Below, one piece after another: positions 38,601 to 48,690 of a stretch of 64,000 nucleotides of DNA. Source of the DNA: an uncultured delta proteobacterium (GTDB lineage: Bacteria > Myxococcota > Myxococcia > Myxococcales > Myxococcaceae). The stretch lies in assembly GCA_963796055.1 (NCBI GenBank), contig CAWCKH010000005.1, positions 64,001 to 128,000 of the forward strand. Direction: 5' to 3'. Numbering within the stretch: position 1 is the first letter of the stretch; each line of letters begins with the position of its first letter. Under the pieces are notes generated by a model. The model was not told the origin of the DNA. It saw only the letters and a list, made by a program, of their open reading frames with translations, and ran no database searches. The position numbers and the translations under genes are program-made.

Positions 38601-41573
38601 CTAGCCCCGGCCCCGCGGGCGGCGCCGCCACGCACCCCAGGCGAGCAGCAGCGCCAGCGCCGGGAGCAGCGCCGCGCTCCCGCTCGTGCTCCGGCAGGCG
38701 CAGCCCCCGCTCACCTCCCCTCCTTGCGTGAGCGGGGCCGAGGCCTGGGCGGTCTTCATCAGCACCGGGGTGGCGCGCCCGGTCGCCTCCCAGATGGCGT
38801 GGAGGGCGTCGCCCGTGCCATCGGTCAGGTTCGCCGCGGCGAGCGCCTCCACGTACTCGCGGGTGGTCGGCTGGTAGAAGAGCCGCGCCTCCACCGTGGT
38901 GCTCCCCGCGGCGAGCGCGGAGGCCGGGAAGGTGACCCGGTACGTCCAGTCCACCGCGCCCATCGCACCACCGTCCGCGTCGCGGAGGAAGCTGATTCCC
39001 ACCGGTGCGGTGTCCTGGTCGGGGCGGAAACCCAGTGGCTCGATGCGGGTGTCCTTGAGGATGGTGTCGTGCAGCGCCAGGTGGTCCAGCCCACCGTCGC
39101 TGCGCGCGTGCACCGCCTCGAACACGGCCAGCTGCGAGTCGGAGAGCAGCAGGCCCGCGTCGCCGTCGTAGGCGCCGCTCACCACCTGGCCGTCGACCCG
39201 CAGCTCGAGGAAGACCCGCCGGCCGTCGGCATAGCCAGTGGGCAGCTTGTGCCCGGTCCGGTTGAAGACCCGGACCTTCACCTCCACCTCGGTCTCCACC
39301 GGGATGGCGCCACCGGGAAGGGTGATCTGCACCTCCGCGGCGCCGCCGAGGTTGTCCAGCGCCGCCGCGCGGTTCGCGGCGAAGGCGGCGTCCAGACCCG
39401 CGAGCTGGCCGGAAGCGGCGGCAGCACGGACCGCATCGAGCCCCCACACGTTGCCGCCGACGAAGGCGTGGCGGCTCGGCGTCTGCCGGGCAGGGCCGTC
39501 CTTGGCCACCGGGAGGCTCTGCGTCTCGCGCAGCATGTGACAGGACTGGCAAGTCTTCGGGGAGGCGCCGCTGGAGTACGCGGACTGGAGCCACTCGGAG
39601 TAGGTGGTGTCGAGCGGGAAGGCCCGCTGCGTCCCGGCGCGTTTCAGGATTGGGTTGCGCACCTCGTGGCACTGGCCGCAGAGGCTGCTCTGGCTGACCG
39701 CCGGATCCTGCACTCCGGTGTGCGCCGGGCTGTCCACGTTGGGGTAGGGCCCGAAGACGGTGAAGCTGGGCTCGAAGGTGAGCTGGGCGTTGCCGATCAC
39801 CCCGGCATCGGTGCGGGTGCGGTGGCAGGCCTCGCAGCTGACGCCGGCGCGGTCCACCGCGTCGAGCGCGCTCCCGTTCGGAGGTAGCCCGTGGCCCTGG
39901 ACGTAGGAGGTGGGCGAGTGGCAACGCAGGCACCACTGCCCGATGCCCAGCACGTCCTGGTTCGCGACGCTGAGCGCGGCCTGGTAGAGCGGGTCGCGGA
40001 CCGCGTTGGCCATCATCGTCGCCGCCCAGCTGTCCCAGGGCATGTACGGGGTGCCGGCGTCGACCGACGCGCTGGCGTGGCAGAGCTGGCAGGTGTCCGG
40101 CCCCTGGAACGGCGCGCCGCCGGCGAGACCTCCCGGCGGGGTGCCGCCGCCGAAGTCGATGGGTCCGGCGTCGAGCGGTGGCCCGGCGTCGGGCCGCGGT
40201 CCGGCGTCGGGCGCTCCCGCATCCGGACGGCCCGCGTCGGGCGCTCCCGCATCCGGACGGCCCGCGTCGGGCCTACCGGCGTCCGGAACTCCTGCGTCCA
40301 CGCCCGGACGGGGGGAGACGAGGAGGATGCTGCCCTCGACGCGTGAGACGTAGAGGTTTCCGTCCGGACCGACGAGGAAGCGCGTCACGGTGCCGAAGCC
40401 GGTGCCGAAGTCAGCCCGCGGGCTGGCCACGAACCCGTCCCGGTTCGCGTTGGGGGTCAGGGTCCAGACGTTGCCGTTGGCGTTGTCGCCGAAGAAGTAG
40501 CGCCCCCGGTACGGCGCGGGGAAGCTGGCGCTGTCCACGAAGACGCCGCCGGTGATGCTCTGGCAGTTCCCGTCGTTGTTCCCCAGGGCGCCAGCGTGCT
40601 CGCAGAAGTACGCCGGGTCCACGCAGTCGGCGCCGACGCCGTTGGGGCCGAGCGGGTCGCATCGGGTGACCGGATGGCCAAACGCGCCCTCGCGGTAGGG
40701 CCAGCCGTAGTGCTGGCCCTTGCGGACCAGGTCGATCTCCTCGTAGCTGACCTCGCCGACGTCGCCGACCCAGAGGAAGCCGGTCTGTGGGTCGAAGGCG
40801 AAGCGGAACGGGTTGCGAAACCCCCAGGCCCAGATCTCCGTCCTCGCGCCGGCGATGAGGGTGCCTGCGTCCGGGCCGCTGCCGCAGCTTCCGTTGCACG
40901 CCGGCACCGTGGTTCCCGGGGCGGCGAGCGGGTTGTCGTTGGGGATGGTGCCGTCGAGGTTGATGCGGAGCACCTTCCCGTTGGCCGTGGTGAGGCAGGT
41001 CCCGATGTAGTTGCCGATGTTTCCGCCGGGAGGGAGGCCGGTGTTGCAGCCGGTGTCGCCGACGCCGACGTAGAGCTTGCCGTCGGGCCCGATGGCCAGC
41101 GCCCCGCCATCGTGGTTGGCCGGGCCCTGCAGGTTCTGCAGCAGCACCGTCACGGCCATCTGGGCCGTGCTGCAGGAGCCGGTGCACTGGAGCGTGTTGT
41201 CGGGGTTGAGCCGGACCTTGAGCACCCGGTGCTTGTTCGCGGTGGTGGGCCCGTCCGAGGCGTAGAAGTACAGGAAGGTGTTGGAGGCGAACTGGGGATC
41301 GACCTCCACCCCCAGCAGACCCTTCTCGCTGTCGAAGTCCACGCTGAAGCTGCCCGCGGTCACCACGCTGCCGTCGGTGCGGCGGACCTTCACCGCGCCG
41401 GTCTTCTCGGTCATCACCACCCGGCCGTCGGGGAGAAAACGGAAATCGGTGATCTGCCCCTGCCCCGAGACGTACGTCCCCACCTGGAAGGTGCTCGCCG
41501 GGCCGCCGGTGGTGAGCGTCTGGGCGGTTGCGGGGACCCAGACGAGGGTGGCCGCCAGGAGGAGCCTGCGCAT
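38601..41573 (-). CDS. Secreted PQQ-dependent sugar dehydrogenase (sGDH/YliI-type) fused to a pentaheme cytochrome c, with a MYXO-CTERM-like anchor
   Basis: Signal peptide. Dehydrogenase motifs EKGLLG, NHDGG, GKVLRI, GFRNPF, GDVG..EEID and YGWP. DAG-repeat linker. Heme motifs CQLCH, CLRCH, CEACH, CGQCH, CQSCH. Tail GGCAC + TM + RRR. Confidence 0.88.
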   Translation of the reverse strand: MRRLLLAATLVWVPATAQTLTTGGPASTFQVGTYVSGQGQITDFRFLPDGRVVMTEKTGAVKVRRTDGSVVTAGSFSVDFDSEKGLLGVEVDPQFASNTFLYFYASDGPTTANKHRVLKVRLNPDNTLQCTGSCSTAQMAVTVLLQNLQGPANHDGGALAIGPDGKLYVGVGDTGCNTGLPPGGNIGNYIGTCLTTANGKVLRINLDGTIPNDNPLAAPGTTVPACNGSCGSGPDAGTLIAGARTEIWAWGFRNPFRFAFDPQTGFLWVGDVGEVSYEEIDLVRKGQHYGWPYREGAFGHPVTRCDPLGPNGVGADCVDPAYFCEHAGALGNNDGNCQSITGGVFVDSASFPAPYRGRYFFGDNANGNVWTLTPNANRDGFVASPRADFGTGFGTVTRFLVGPDGNLYVSRVEGSILLVSPRPGVDAGVPDAGRPDAGRPDAGAPDAGRPDAGAPDAGPRPDAGPPLDAGPIDFGGGTPPGGLAGGAPFQGPDTCQLCHASASVDAGTPYMPWDSWAATMMANAVRDPLYQAALSVANQDVLGIGQWCLRCHSPTSYVQGHGLPPNGSALDAVDRAGVSCEACHRTRTDAGVIGNAQLTFEPSFTVFGPYPNVDSPAHTGVQDPAVSQSSLCGQCHEVRNPILKRAGTQRAFPLDTTYSEWLQSAYSSGASPKTCQSCHMLRETQSLPVAKDGPARQTPSRHAFVGGNVWGLDAVRAAAASGQLAGLDAAFAANRAAALDNLGGAAEVQITLPGGAIPVETEVEVKVRVFNRTGHKLPTGYADGRRVFLELRVDGQVVSGAYDGDAGLLLSDSQLAVFEAVHARSDGGLDHLALHDTILKDTRIEPLGFRPDQDTAPVGISFLRDADGGAMGAVDWTYRVTFPASALAAGSTTVEARLFYQPTTREYVEALAAANLTDGTGDALHAIWEATGRATPVLMKTAQASAPLTQGGEVSGGCACRSTSGSAALLPALALLLAWGAWRRRPRGRG
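40204..40272. repeat. 30-bp tandem repeat (2.3 exact copies) encoding the DAGRP/DAGAP linker
   Basis: gcgtcgggcgctcccgcatccggacggccc starts at 40204 and 40234, with a partial copy at 40264. Degenerate 15-bp units extend on both sides. Confidence 0.9.
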
Positions 41574-41706
41574 GCGTGGGTGCGGAGCAGAGCAAGTCGC
41601 ACGCCCGGGCGAAAGCCGGACCCGCGTTGCAGAATTCCGCTGTTCCACGACGCCGTTGCCGGGTGCGGACCACGCCCGGCGTGGGCACTCCACACCGGGA
41701 TCGGTT

Positions 41707-42003
41707 TCAGACGCCGGCGCGGCGGAGCTCCGGGGCGAGCCGGCCCGACAGTGCGAGCGCCCACATCTTCCAGTCCGCAGCCAGCGACCAGAGCGGGTAG
41801 CGGAAGGTGGCGGCGAAGCCGTAGCCCGCCACCAGGGCACCGACCAGCAACAGGGGCCGACCGCTCACCACCGTCCAGACCAGCAGCAGCAGCGAGAGCG
41901 TGGTCCCCACCAGGTGGAGCATCCGCGTGCCGGGCTGGCGGTGCTCGCGCAGATAGTAGGGCCAGAACTCGGCGAAGCTGCCGATGCGCGGCCCGGCGTT
42001 CAT
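41707..42003 (-). CDS. DUF962/Mpo1-like membrane protein with an apparent in-frame internal deletion
   Basis: [13 protein letters not shown]...LHLVGT...[15 protein letters not shown]. The usual W-x-GH-x3-E-x-N-x-P segment is absent. Confidence 0.8.
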   Translation of the reverse strand: MNAGPRIGSFAEFWPYYLREHRQPGTRMLHLVGTTLSLLLLVWTVVSGRPLLLVGALVAGYGFAATFRYPLWSLAADWKMWALALSGRLAPELRRAGV

Positions 42004-42512
42004 GCCCGCTGCAGCTCCTTCAGCATGGTCTCGGCGTCGCTCACCTCGAACTTCCCGGGCGCCTCGACGTGGAGCGACTTCACCATCCCGTCGTCGAGCA
42101 GCATCGAGTAGCGCTGCGAGCGGACGCCCATGCCCTTCGAGGTGAGGTCCTGGTCCAGCCCCAGCGCCCGGCTCCAAAAGGCGCTCCCGTCGGCCAGCAT
42201 GCGGATCTTCCCCCCGGTCTTCTGCTCCCGTCCCCAGGCGCCCATGACGAAGGCGTCGTTCACCGAGACGCACCAGATCTCGTCCACGCCGCGGCCCTTC
42301 AGCGCGGCGGCCTGGGCGAGATAGCCGGGGACGTGCTTCGCCGAGCAGGTGGGGGTGAACGCCCCGGGGAGCCCGAACACCACGATCCGCTTGCCGGCGA
42401 CCAGCTTCGAGACCTGGAACGTATTGGGGCCGAGCGCGCAGCCCGGCGTCTCCTGCTCGATGAACTCGCTCAGCGTCCCGTCGGGGACGCGGTGTCCGAC
42501 CTGGATGGGCAT
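42000..42512 (-). CDS. Peroxiredoxin (Prx5/redoxin family)
   Basis: [20 protein letters not shown] and RSQRYSM. Confidence 0.93.
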   Translation of the reverse strand: MPIQVGHRVPDGTLSEFIEQETPGCALGPNTFQVSKLVAGKRIVVFGLPGAFTPTCSAKHVPGYLAQAAALKGRGVDEIWCVSVNDAFVMGAWGREQKTGGKIRMLADGSAFWSRALGLDQDLTSKGMGVRSQRYSMLLDDGMVKSLHVEAPGKFEVSDAETMLKELQRA

Positions 42513-42548
42513 GGGAGCGCGGAAGTAGCACGTCCCGTCGGCGCGACG

Positions 42549-44387
42549 CTAGACGTGCCCACGCGGGGCAGCGGTCGACCAGGAGCGGAGCGCCCGGAGC
42601 TGCGCCGTCTTCTTCGACTGGTGCTCTTCCATTCGCCGGAGGATGTCGTCGAGGACGGAGACGGCGTCCAGGATGTGCGGGCCCTTGTTGAGCATGACGC
42701 ACTCGGCGCGCTCACCCATCGCCGCGTCGGTCACCTCGGCCCGGCTGGGCACACCGTTCTTGGCCAGCCCCTCGAGCACCTGGGTGGCCCAGATCGCCGG
42801 CACGTGCGCGGCCTCGCTGATCCACAAGAGCTCCTCCTGCACCTCGGCCAGCCGCTGGTAGCCGCACTCCACCGCGAGGTCGCCGCGGGCGATCATCACC
42901 CCCGCCCGCTCGTGCTCCATCGCCGCCCAGAGCAGGGCCGGCATCGCGGCAAAGGCGTGGGCGGTCTCGATCTTGAGGATCAGTCCCAGGTGCGAGGCCG
43001 AGAGCCGGTCCAGCTCGGCGCGGAGGGCATGGATGTCCTCGGGGCGCTGGACGAAGGACATGCCCACCAGGTCCGCCAGCCTCACCACGGTCTGCAGATC
43101 CCGGCGGTCGTCGTCGGTGAGCGCCGGGAGCTGGAGCGCGGTGTCGGGGACGTTGATGCCCTTCTCGCTGGCCAGCTTCCCGGAGGGCCGCGGACCACGG
43201 ACGATGCGGAGCTCGAGCCGGTCCGGGTGCACCTCCACGGCCTCGGCATGGAACTTCCCGTCATCGAGCATCACCCGGTCACCGGGCCGGACCCGGGTGA
43301 AGAGCCTGGGCTCGGTGCACCCCACCCGCCCGGGTTCCACCACCCGCCCGGTGCTGTCGCGCAGCTCGGCCCGGCCCGGCGCCAGCGAGCGGGTGAGCAC
43401 CAGCCGTTCGCCGGGGACGAGGGTGATGGGCAGCTCGGGCTCGGGCAGCGCGAGCGGACAGGCACCGGGGTCCACCTCCGAGGTCTGGAACCGCGTCTCG
43501 GGCACGATGAAGGCCTTCTGCTCTGCCTCTCCCCGGAGCACGTCACCGAGCCGCTCGACGATGCGCAGGGTGCGGCGAAGCCCGCGGGCATCGCGGAACT
43601 GGAGCTCGGCGCCGGGGCTCAGCCCGCGGGTCCAGTCCGCCGGGAACTGGAGCTGCGGTCCGGTGGCCGGCGGGTACGTCCCCGCCGGGACGATCCACAC
43701 GGTGGTGGGCACGAGTAGCTTGCCGCGCATGTCGCGCCGGAGCTTCCAGCTGACCACCGGCGGCCCAGGGCTGAGCGGGCCGGTGCGGATCTTCGGCCCC
43801 CCGAGGTCCATCAGGATGCGGCACGGATGTCCGCTGGCCTTCTCCGCGGCCCGCACGTGGGCGGCGATGCGGGTCCAGACCTCCGGCCCATCGTGGGCAC
43901 AGTTGATCCGCAGGATGCCCATCCCTCGGTTCACCAGCGCCCGGACGGCGCTGGGATCCTCGGCCAGGCTCGCGTCGGCGGTGACCATGATCCGCACTGC
44001 CCGTCCCTCGGGGGCCGGTCCGAGCAACGCCTCGGCATTTCGGGCCAGGGCGCTGCGGCCCTCGTCGAAGTCCGGTCCGCGGAGCGTCTCGACTGCGGCC
44101 GCCCCCTGCCCGTCGAGCCCCCGCAGCGCCCGGCGGACTGCCCGCAGCGTGGCCTCCACATGGCCTTCGGCCCTCCCCAGAGAGGAGAGCCCGAGCTCGG
44201 CCAGCGTCTGCTGGAGACGCCGGAGGTCGTGGCTCCGGAGCGCGAGGTAGTGCCGGAGGTTCACCGCCCCCGCCCGGTGTGGAGAGGCGAGAGCCTGTAG
44301 CTCGGTGGACGAGGGCGTCGCCCGCTCCACCTCTCCGAGCAGCGAGTCGAGCTGGGACAGCGTCGCTGAGGCGGATGACGGGCTCAT
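42549..44387 (-). CDS. pyk: Pyruvate kinase (long form, no C-terminal regulatory domain)
   Basis: [48 protein letters not shown] and CVML. Confidence 0.9.
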   Translation of the reverse strand: MSPSSASATLSQLDSLLGEVERATPSSTELQALASPHRAGAVNLRHYLALRSHDLRRLQQTLAELGLSSLGRAEGHVEATLRAVRRALRGLDGQGAAAVETLRGPDFDEGRSALARNAEALLGPAPEGRAVRIMVTADASLAEDPSAVRALVNRGMGILRINCAHDGPEVWTRIAAHVRAAEKASGHPCRILMDLGGPKIRTGPLSPGPPVVSWKLRRDMRGKLLVPTTVWIVPAGTYPPATGPQLQFPADWTRGLSPGAELQFRDARGLRRTLRIVERLGDVLRGEAEQKAFIVPETRFQTSEVDPGACPLALPEPELPITLVPGERLVLTRSLAPGRAELRDSTGRVVEPGRVGCTEPRLFTRVRPGDRVMLDDGKFHAEAVEVHPDRLELRIVRGPRPSGKLASEKGINVPDTALQLPALTDDDRRDLQTVVRLADLVGMSFVQRPEDIHALRAELDRLSASHLGLILKIETAHAFAAMPALLWAAMEHERAGVMIARGDLAVECGYQRLAEVQEELLWISEAAHVPAIWATQVLEGLAKNGVPSRAEVTDAAMGERAECVMLNKGPHILDAVSVLDDILRRMEEHQSKKTAQLRALRSWSTAAPRGHV

Positions 44388-46891
44388 GCGGCCTCCATGG
44401 CACGCCCAGGTGACGGACCGGTGAACCTGGGCACGACTCGCGCCTTCACCCACTGCACCAACAAGAGATAGGTCGCGGTGGCGAGCGCGAGGAAGAGGAA
44501 GAACGGCCCGGGGAGCGGCTCGAACCCCAGCGGCCCGGCGAGCGGCGTCCAGGGCAGCGCCGCCGCCAGGGCCACCACCGCCACGGCGGTGGCGGCGAGC
44601 AGCGGGCTCGGGCGGCTCCGGAACGGGTTGCCGGTGGTGCGGATGACGAAGACCACCAGGACCTGCGTCGCCAGCGACTCGACGAACCACCCGGTGTGGA
44701 ACAGCCGCTCGGAGGCGTGAAAGACGCCGAGGAGTATCCAGAAGGTCAGGAAGTCGTAGAGCGAGCTCACCGGCCCGACCACCAGCATGAACCGGCGGAC
44801 CGCGCGGATGTCCCAGTGCTGGGGCCGAGCGAGGGACGCGGCGTCGACCCGGTCACTGGGGATGGTTACCTGCGCCAGGTCGTAGAGGAAGTTGTTGAGG
44901 AGGATCTGGGTGGGGAGCATCGGCAGGAACGGGAGGAAGAGCGAGGCCACGGCCATGCTCAGCATGTTCCCGAAGTTCGAGCTGGTCCCCATGAGGAGGT
45001 ACTTCATGACGTTTCCGAAGGACTTCCGGCCCTCGACGATGCCGGTGTGGAGCACGCCCAGGCTGCGTTCGAGCAGCACGATGTCCGCCGCGTCGCGCGC
45101 CACGTCCACCGCGGTGGCCACCGAGATACCCACGTCGGCGGTGTGGAGCGACGGAGCGTCGTTGATGCCATCGCCGAGGAAGCCCACCACGTGTCCGCGC
45201 CGGCGCAGCGCCTGGAGGATGCGAGTCTTCTGCTGAGGCGAGACCCGGGCGAAGACCGCGTGCCGCTCGGCCACCAGCCCCAGCGCTGGGTCGGTCAGCC
45301 GGTCGAGGTCGTCGCCCAGCACCACGCGCTTTCCCCCGATGCCCACGGCCTCGCAAACGTGACGGACCACCAGCGCGTCGTCGCCGGAGAGGATCTTCAC
45401 CGCCACGCCATCCCGCCGGAGCGCTCGCACGGTCTTGGCCGCGTCGGCGAGCGGTGGATCGAGGAAGGCGATGAACCCGGCGAGGCAGAGGTCGCGTTCG
45501 GACTCGAGACCGCAGGGCTCGTCCGGGCCCAGGGAACGCGAGGCCACGGCGAGGACCCGCAGACCCTGCCCCGCCAGGGCGCGCTCGGTCTGCTGGCAGC
45601 GGGCACGCGCCGCGCCGTCCAGTCGCTGGACAGCGCCGGCGCTCTCCCACTCCGTGCAGGCTGCGAGCACGTTCTCCGGGGCGCCCTTGCAGACCAGTAC
45701 CGGCGTTCCGGCGCGCGCCGCGGCCACGCTCATCCGGCGGCGCTCGAAGTCGAACGGCACCTCGTCGAGCCGCTGCCAGTCCTCGGCTGTCCCGTCCGCC
45801 GCGGCGAGGATGGCATCCTCGAGCGGGTTTCTCAGCCCGGTCTGTAGCGCGCTGCTCACCCTGGCGAGGGCGAGCGCGCGGGGGGCCGGGGTCCCGGCCC
45901 CATCCACCGAGCGCTCGAGCTCCATGCGCCCCCGGGTGAGCGTGCCGGTCTTGTCACTGCAGAGGACGTCGATGCTCCCGAGGTTCTGGATGGACGGGAG
46001 GTGCTTCACGATGACCTTGGCCCGGGCCATCCGCACCGCGCCCTGGGCGAGGGTCACGGTGGTGATCATCGGAAGAAACTCGGGGGTGAGCCCGACCGCG
46101 AGCGCCACCGCGAAGAGCAGCGACTCGAGCGGCGGGCGGTGCTTGGCGACGCTCACCACCCCGATGAAGAGCACCAGGAACAGGATGGTCCGGGTGATGA
46201 AGAGGCTGAAGTCGCGGATGCCGTGCTCGAACGCGTTCTGGGGCGGACGCTCGGCGAGGCGTGCGGCAATGGCCCCGAGCTGGGTGTGGCCACCGGTGTG
46301 CTCGACCACTGCCTCGGCGGTGCCGCTGGCGACCGACGTTCCGGCGTAGACGTGACCCGCCGAGACCCCGCTGCCCTCGGGCGCGGCGCCGACCTCCTTC
46401 TCCACCGGCAGCGACTCACCGGTGAGCGCCGACTCGACGACGTGCAGGGCCCGAGCGGTGAGGAGGCGCGCATCAGCCGGTACCAGGTCCCCGGCGGACA
46501 GACGGATGGTGTCGCCGGGAACGAGCTCGCGCCGCGGGAGCTCCGTCCACCGGCCGTCGCGCAGCACGGTGGCGGTGGGCGCCACCTGTGACCGGAGGCG
46601 CTCCACCGCCTTCGCCGAGCGGAATGACTGGACGAAGTCGATCGCCGCGCTGAGGACCACCATCGCCACGACGATGACCGCGTTGACCCGCTCTCCCAGC
46701 ACCGCCGAGGCCACCGCAGCCACCAGGAGGATGCCGAGCAGCGGGTTGGAGACGCTGGCCAGCAGCTGCCGGAACCGCGAGGCGCGGGTGTGCGCCGCGA
46801 CCTCGTTCGGGCCCTCGCGGGTAAGCCGCGCCTCCGCCTCGCCCGTGCTCAGTCCGGCGCCGGCGGGATCCTCCGTGCTCCTAGGTTCCAC
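44384..46891 (-). CDS. mgtA: Mg2+-transporting P-type ATPase
   Basis: LTGES, AVGLTPEFLP, DKTGTLT, CKGAPE, GDGINDAP, SSNFGN, NNFLYD and FHTGWFVES. Confidence 0.92.
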   Translation of the reverse strand: MEPRSTEDPAGAGLSTGEAEARLTREGPNEVAAHTRASRFRQLLASVSNPLLGILLVAAVASAVLGERVNAVIVVAMVVLSAAIDFVQSFRSAKAVERLRSQVAPTATVLRDGRWTELPRRELVPGDTIRLSAGDLVPADARLLTARALHVVESALTGESLPVEKEVGAAPEGSGVSAGHVYAGTSVASGTAEAVVEHTGGHTQLGAIAARLAERPPQNAFEHGIRDFSLFITRTILFLVLFIGVVSVAKHRPPLESLLFAVALAVGLTPEFLPMITTVTLAQGAVRMARAKVIVKHLPSIQNLGSIDVLCSDKTGTLTRGRMELERSVDGAGTPAPRALALARVSSALQTGLRNPLEDAILAAADGTAEDWQRLDEVPFDFERRRMSVAAARAGTPVLVCKGAPENVLAACTEWESAGAVQRLDGAARARCQQTERALAGQGLRVLAVASRSLGPDEPCGLESERDLCLAGFIAFLDPPLADAAKTVRALRRDGVAVKILSGDDALVVRHVCEAVGIGGKRVVLGDDLDRLTDPALGLVAERHAVFARVSPQQKTRILQALRRRGHVVGFLGDGINDAPSLHTADVGISVATAVDVARDAADIVLLERSLGVLHTGIVEGRKSFGNVMKYLLMGTSSNFGNMLSMAVASLFLPFLPMLPTQILLNNFLYDLAQVTIPSDRVDAASLARPQHWDIRAVRRFMLVVGPVSSLYDFLTFWILLGVFHASERLFHTGWFVESLATQVLVVFVIRTTGNPFRSRPSPLLAATAVAVVALAAALPWTPLAGPLGFEPLPGPFFLFLALATATYLLLVQWVKARVVPRFTGPSPGRAMEAA

Positions 46892-47007
46892 GCTCGTCCG
46901 TGCCTCTTGGCATGGGCGGAGCGTCTGGTCACGTGACGTTGCTGTGGTCCGAAGGGCCTAGGCCGGATCACTGGCGCGGTGGAAACCGGGCGGATCGCGG
47001 CTGCCCG

Positions 47008-47895
47008 TCAGCGCCGCCCCGGGGCGGCGGGAGCGACCTCGATCGCCCGGGTGAGCATCGGGTTGGGAACCCCGCGCAGCCATGCGGCGTGCACCGGCAG
47101 CTCGGAGCCGGGCAGGCGCAGCCGGATGGCTCGGACCCCGGCACGGCGCGGGCCGTCGGGGTGCATCGCCGGGACGACGGAAAAGCCGAGCCCGGCGGCG
47201 ACGAACCCGAGCAGGGACGCGGTGGAGTCCGCGGCGAAGCGCTCCTTCGCCGAACCCCCCAGCGCCTCCACCGCGCGCCGCTGCAGCGCACGGCTTGCGG
47301 GGTCCGCTCCGAAGGTGAGGAACGGGAGCTCGGCCAGCCGGCGCGGGTCGAGCCTGTGCTTCTGCGCGGCCGGATGGGAGCTGGGGAGCACCAGGAAGCC
47401 CCAGAGCGTCCCGATCGCCCGCACCTCCACGTCAGCGGGAATCTGAGGAAGGTGGTCCACCAGCAGATCCAGCTCCCCGGAGCGGAGGAGCGAGACGTCC
47501 GGAGCGCGGAGCTCGGTGAGGGTGACGTCGATCTCCGGATGTCGGCGGTGGAGCGCGCGCAGCCAGCCCGGAAGGAGCTCCTGGACCAGGAGCGCCGCTG
47601 CCCCGATGCGGAGCGTCCCGCCGAAGCTGCCCGCCCGCAGCGCCTCGGCCGTGACCCGGAGCGCTTCCAGGAAAGGCGCGACCACCGCGTAGAGCGCCTG
47701 GCCGTGCGGGGTGAGCGTCATCCGGTCCTTGGCCACCCGGCGGAGGAGCCGCACCCCGAGCTCGGCCTCCAGGCGTCTGACCTGCTGGTGCACTCCGGGC
47801 TCGGTGATGGGGTACGGGAAGGAGCGGACCGCCCGCGCGTACCCCCCGGTGCGCGCCACCCAGTAGAAGCCGGTCAGGCGGTCGAGCGAGTTCAT
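47008..47895 (-). CDS. LysR-family regulator
   Basis: N-terminal HTH ITEPGVHQQVRRLEAELGVRL and substrate domain GTLRIG...LRSGELDL...VAAGLGFSVVP. Confidence 0.85.
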   Translation of the reverse strand: MNSLDRLTGFYWVARTGGYARAVRSFPYPITEPGVHQQVRRLEAELGVRLLRRVAKDRMTLTPHGQALYAVVAPFLEALRVTAEALRAGSFGGTLRIGAAALLVQELLPGWLRALHRRHPEIDVTLTELRAPDVSLLRSGELDLLVDHLPQIPADVEVRAIGTLWGFLVLPSSHPAAQKHRLDPRRLAELPFLTFGADPASRALQRRAVEALGGSAKERFAADSTASLLGFVAAGLGFSVVPAMHPDGPRRAGVRAIRLRLPGSELPVHAAWLRGVPNPMLTRAIEVAPAAPGRR

Positions 47896-48006
47896 TCACT
47901 TCAATTTATCAAAGAATGGCTCCTTAGTTCCTGGACCGAAAGGAGCCTCCCGGACCAGCCTGGCGCTGCATGGGCGGTTCCCGCCCTGCACTCACAAGGA
48001 GGACCG

Positions 48007-48264
48007 ATGATGTCATCCGAACCCGCCCGCAACCTGGTGCATGGGCTGCTGCTCGCCGTCTGGGCGGCGGTGGGGCTCCTGGTCACGCTGAGCGCCCTGG
48101 CCCACCCCGCCGCGCTGGTCGGATCCGGAGGCTTCTGGCTCTGGTTCGTGGGCTTCGCGCTGCTGGTCCATGGCGGCCTCCCCCTCGCGCTGGCCCTCGT
48201 GCCCCGCGTCTTCCCGCTCTCGCTGCTCCGGGTGGCGGGCCTCGACGTCCTGGGGAGAGCCTAG
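48007..48264 (+). CDS. Small membrane protein
   Basis: AAGGAGG SD and two hydrophobic helices. Confidence 0.65.
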   Translation: MMSSEPARNLVHGLLLAVWAAVGLLVTLSALAHPAALVGSGGFWLWFVGFALLVHGGLPLALALVPRVFPLSLLRVAGLDVLGRA

Positions 48265-48266
48265 CC

Positions 48267-48560
48267 ATGCGCAACTCGCCCGAGCTCCCTCCGACACACA
48301 GCGCCGCCTGGGTCGTGCAGTCCTGGCTCTCGTTCGCCATCTCGGTGACCGCCACCGCTCTCGGCATCTACTGCCTGCCCGACGGCGGGTGGGTGAAGGG
48401 CTTCCTGGCCATGGGCCTGCTCTTCACCGTGGGCTCCTCGCTCAGCCTGGCGAAGACGGTGCGGGACCTCCACGACGCCACCCGCCTCACCGCGCGCATC
48501 GACGAGGCGCGGGTCACCAAGCTCATCGCCGAGCACGACCCGCTCAAGCCGGCCATCTGA
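48267..48560 (+). CDS. YiaA/YiaB two-helix membrane protein
   Basis: AWVVQSWLSF...GIY.LP..WVKGFLAMG...SLAKTVRD. Confidence 0.85.
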   Translation: MRNSPELPPTHSAAWVVQSWLSFAISVTATALGIYCLPDGGWVKGFLAMGLLFTVGSSLSLAKTVRDLHDATRLTARIDEARVTKLIAEHDPLKPAI

Positions 48561-48690
48561 GGCCGGGGCGCGCGGCACCCTGGGAGCGCGTGGACCCCAC
48601 ACGCACCTCTACCCGCGCGAATCGGGTGACGGAACGTCTCCGGCGGCGGCAACTGTCAGCGTACGCTCGTCGGAACGCTCGAGAGGTCTC

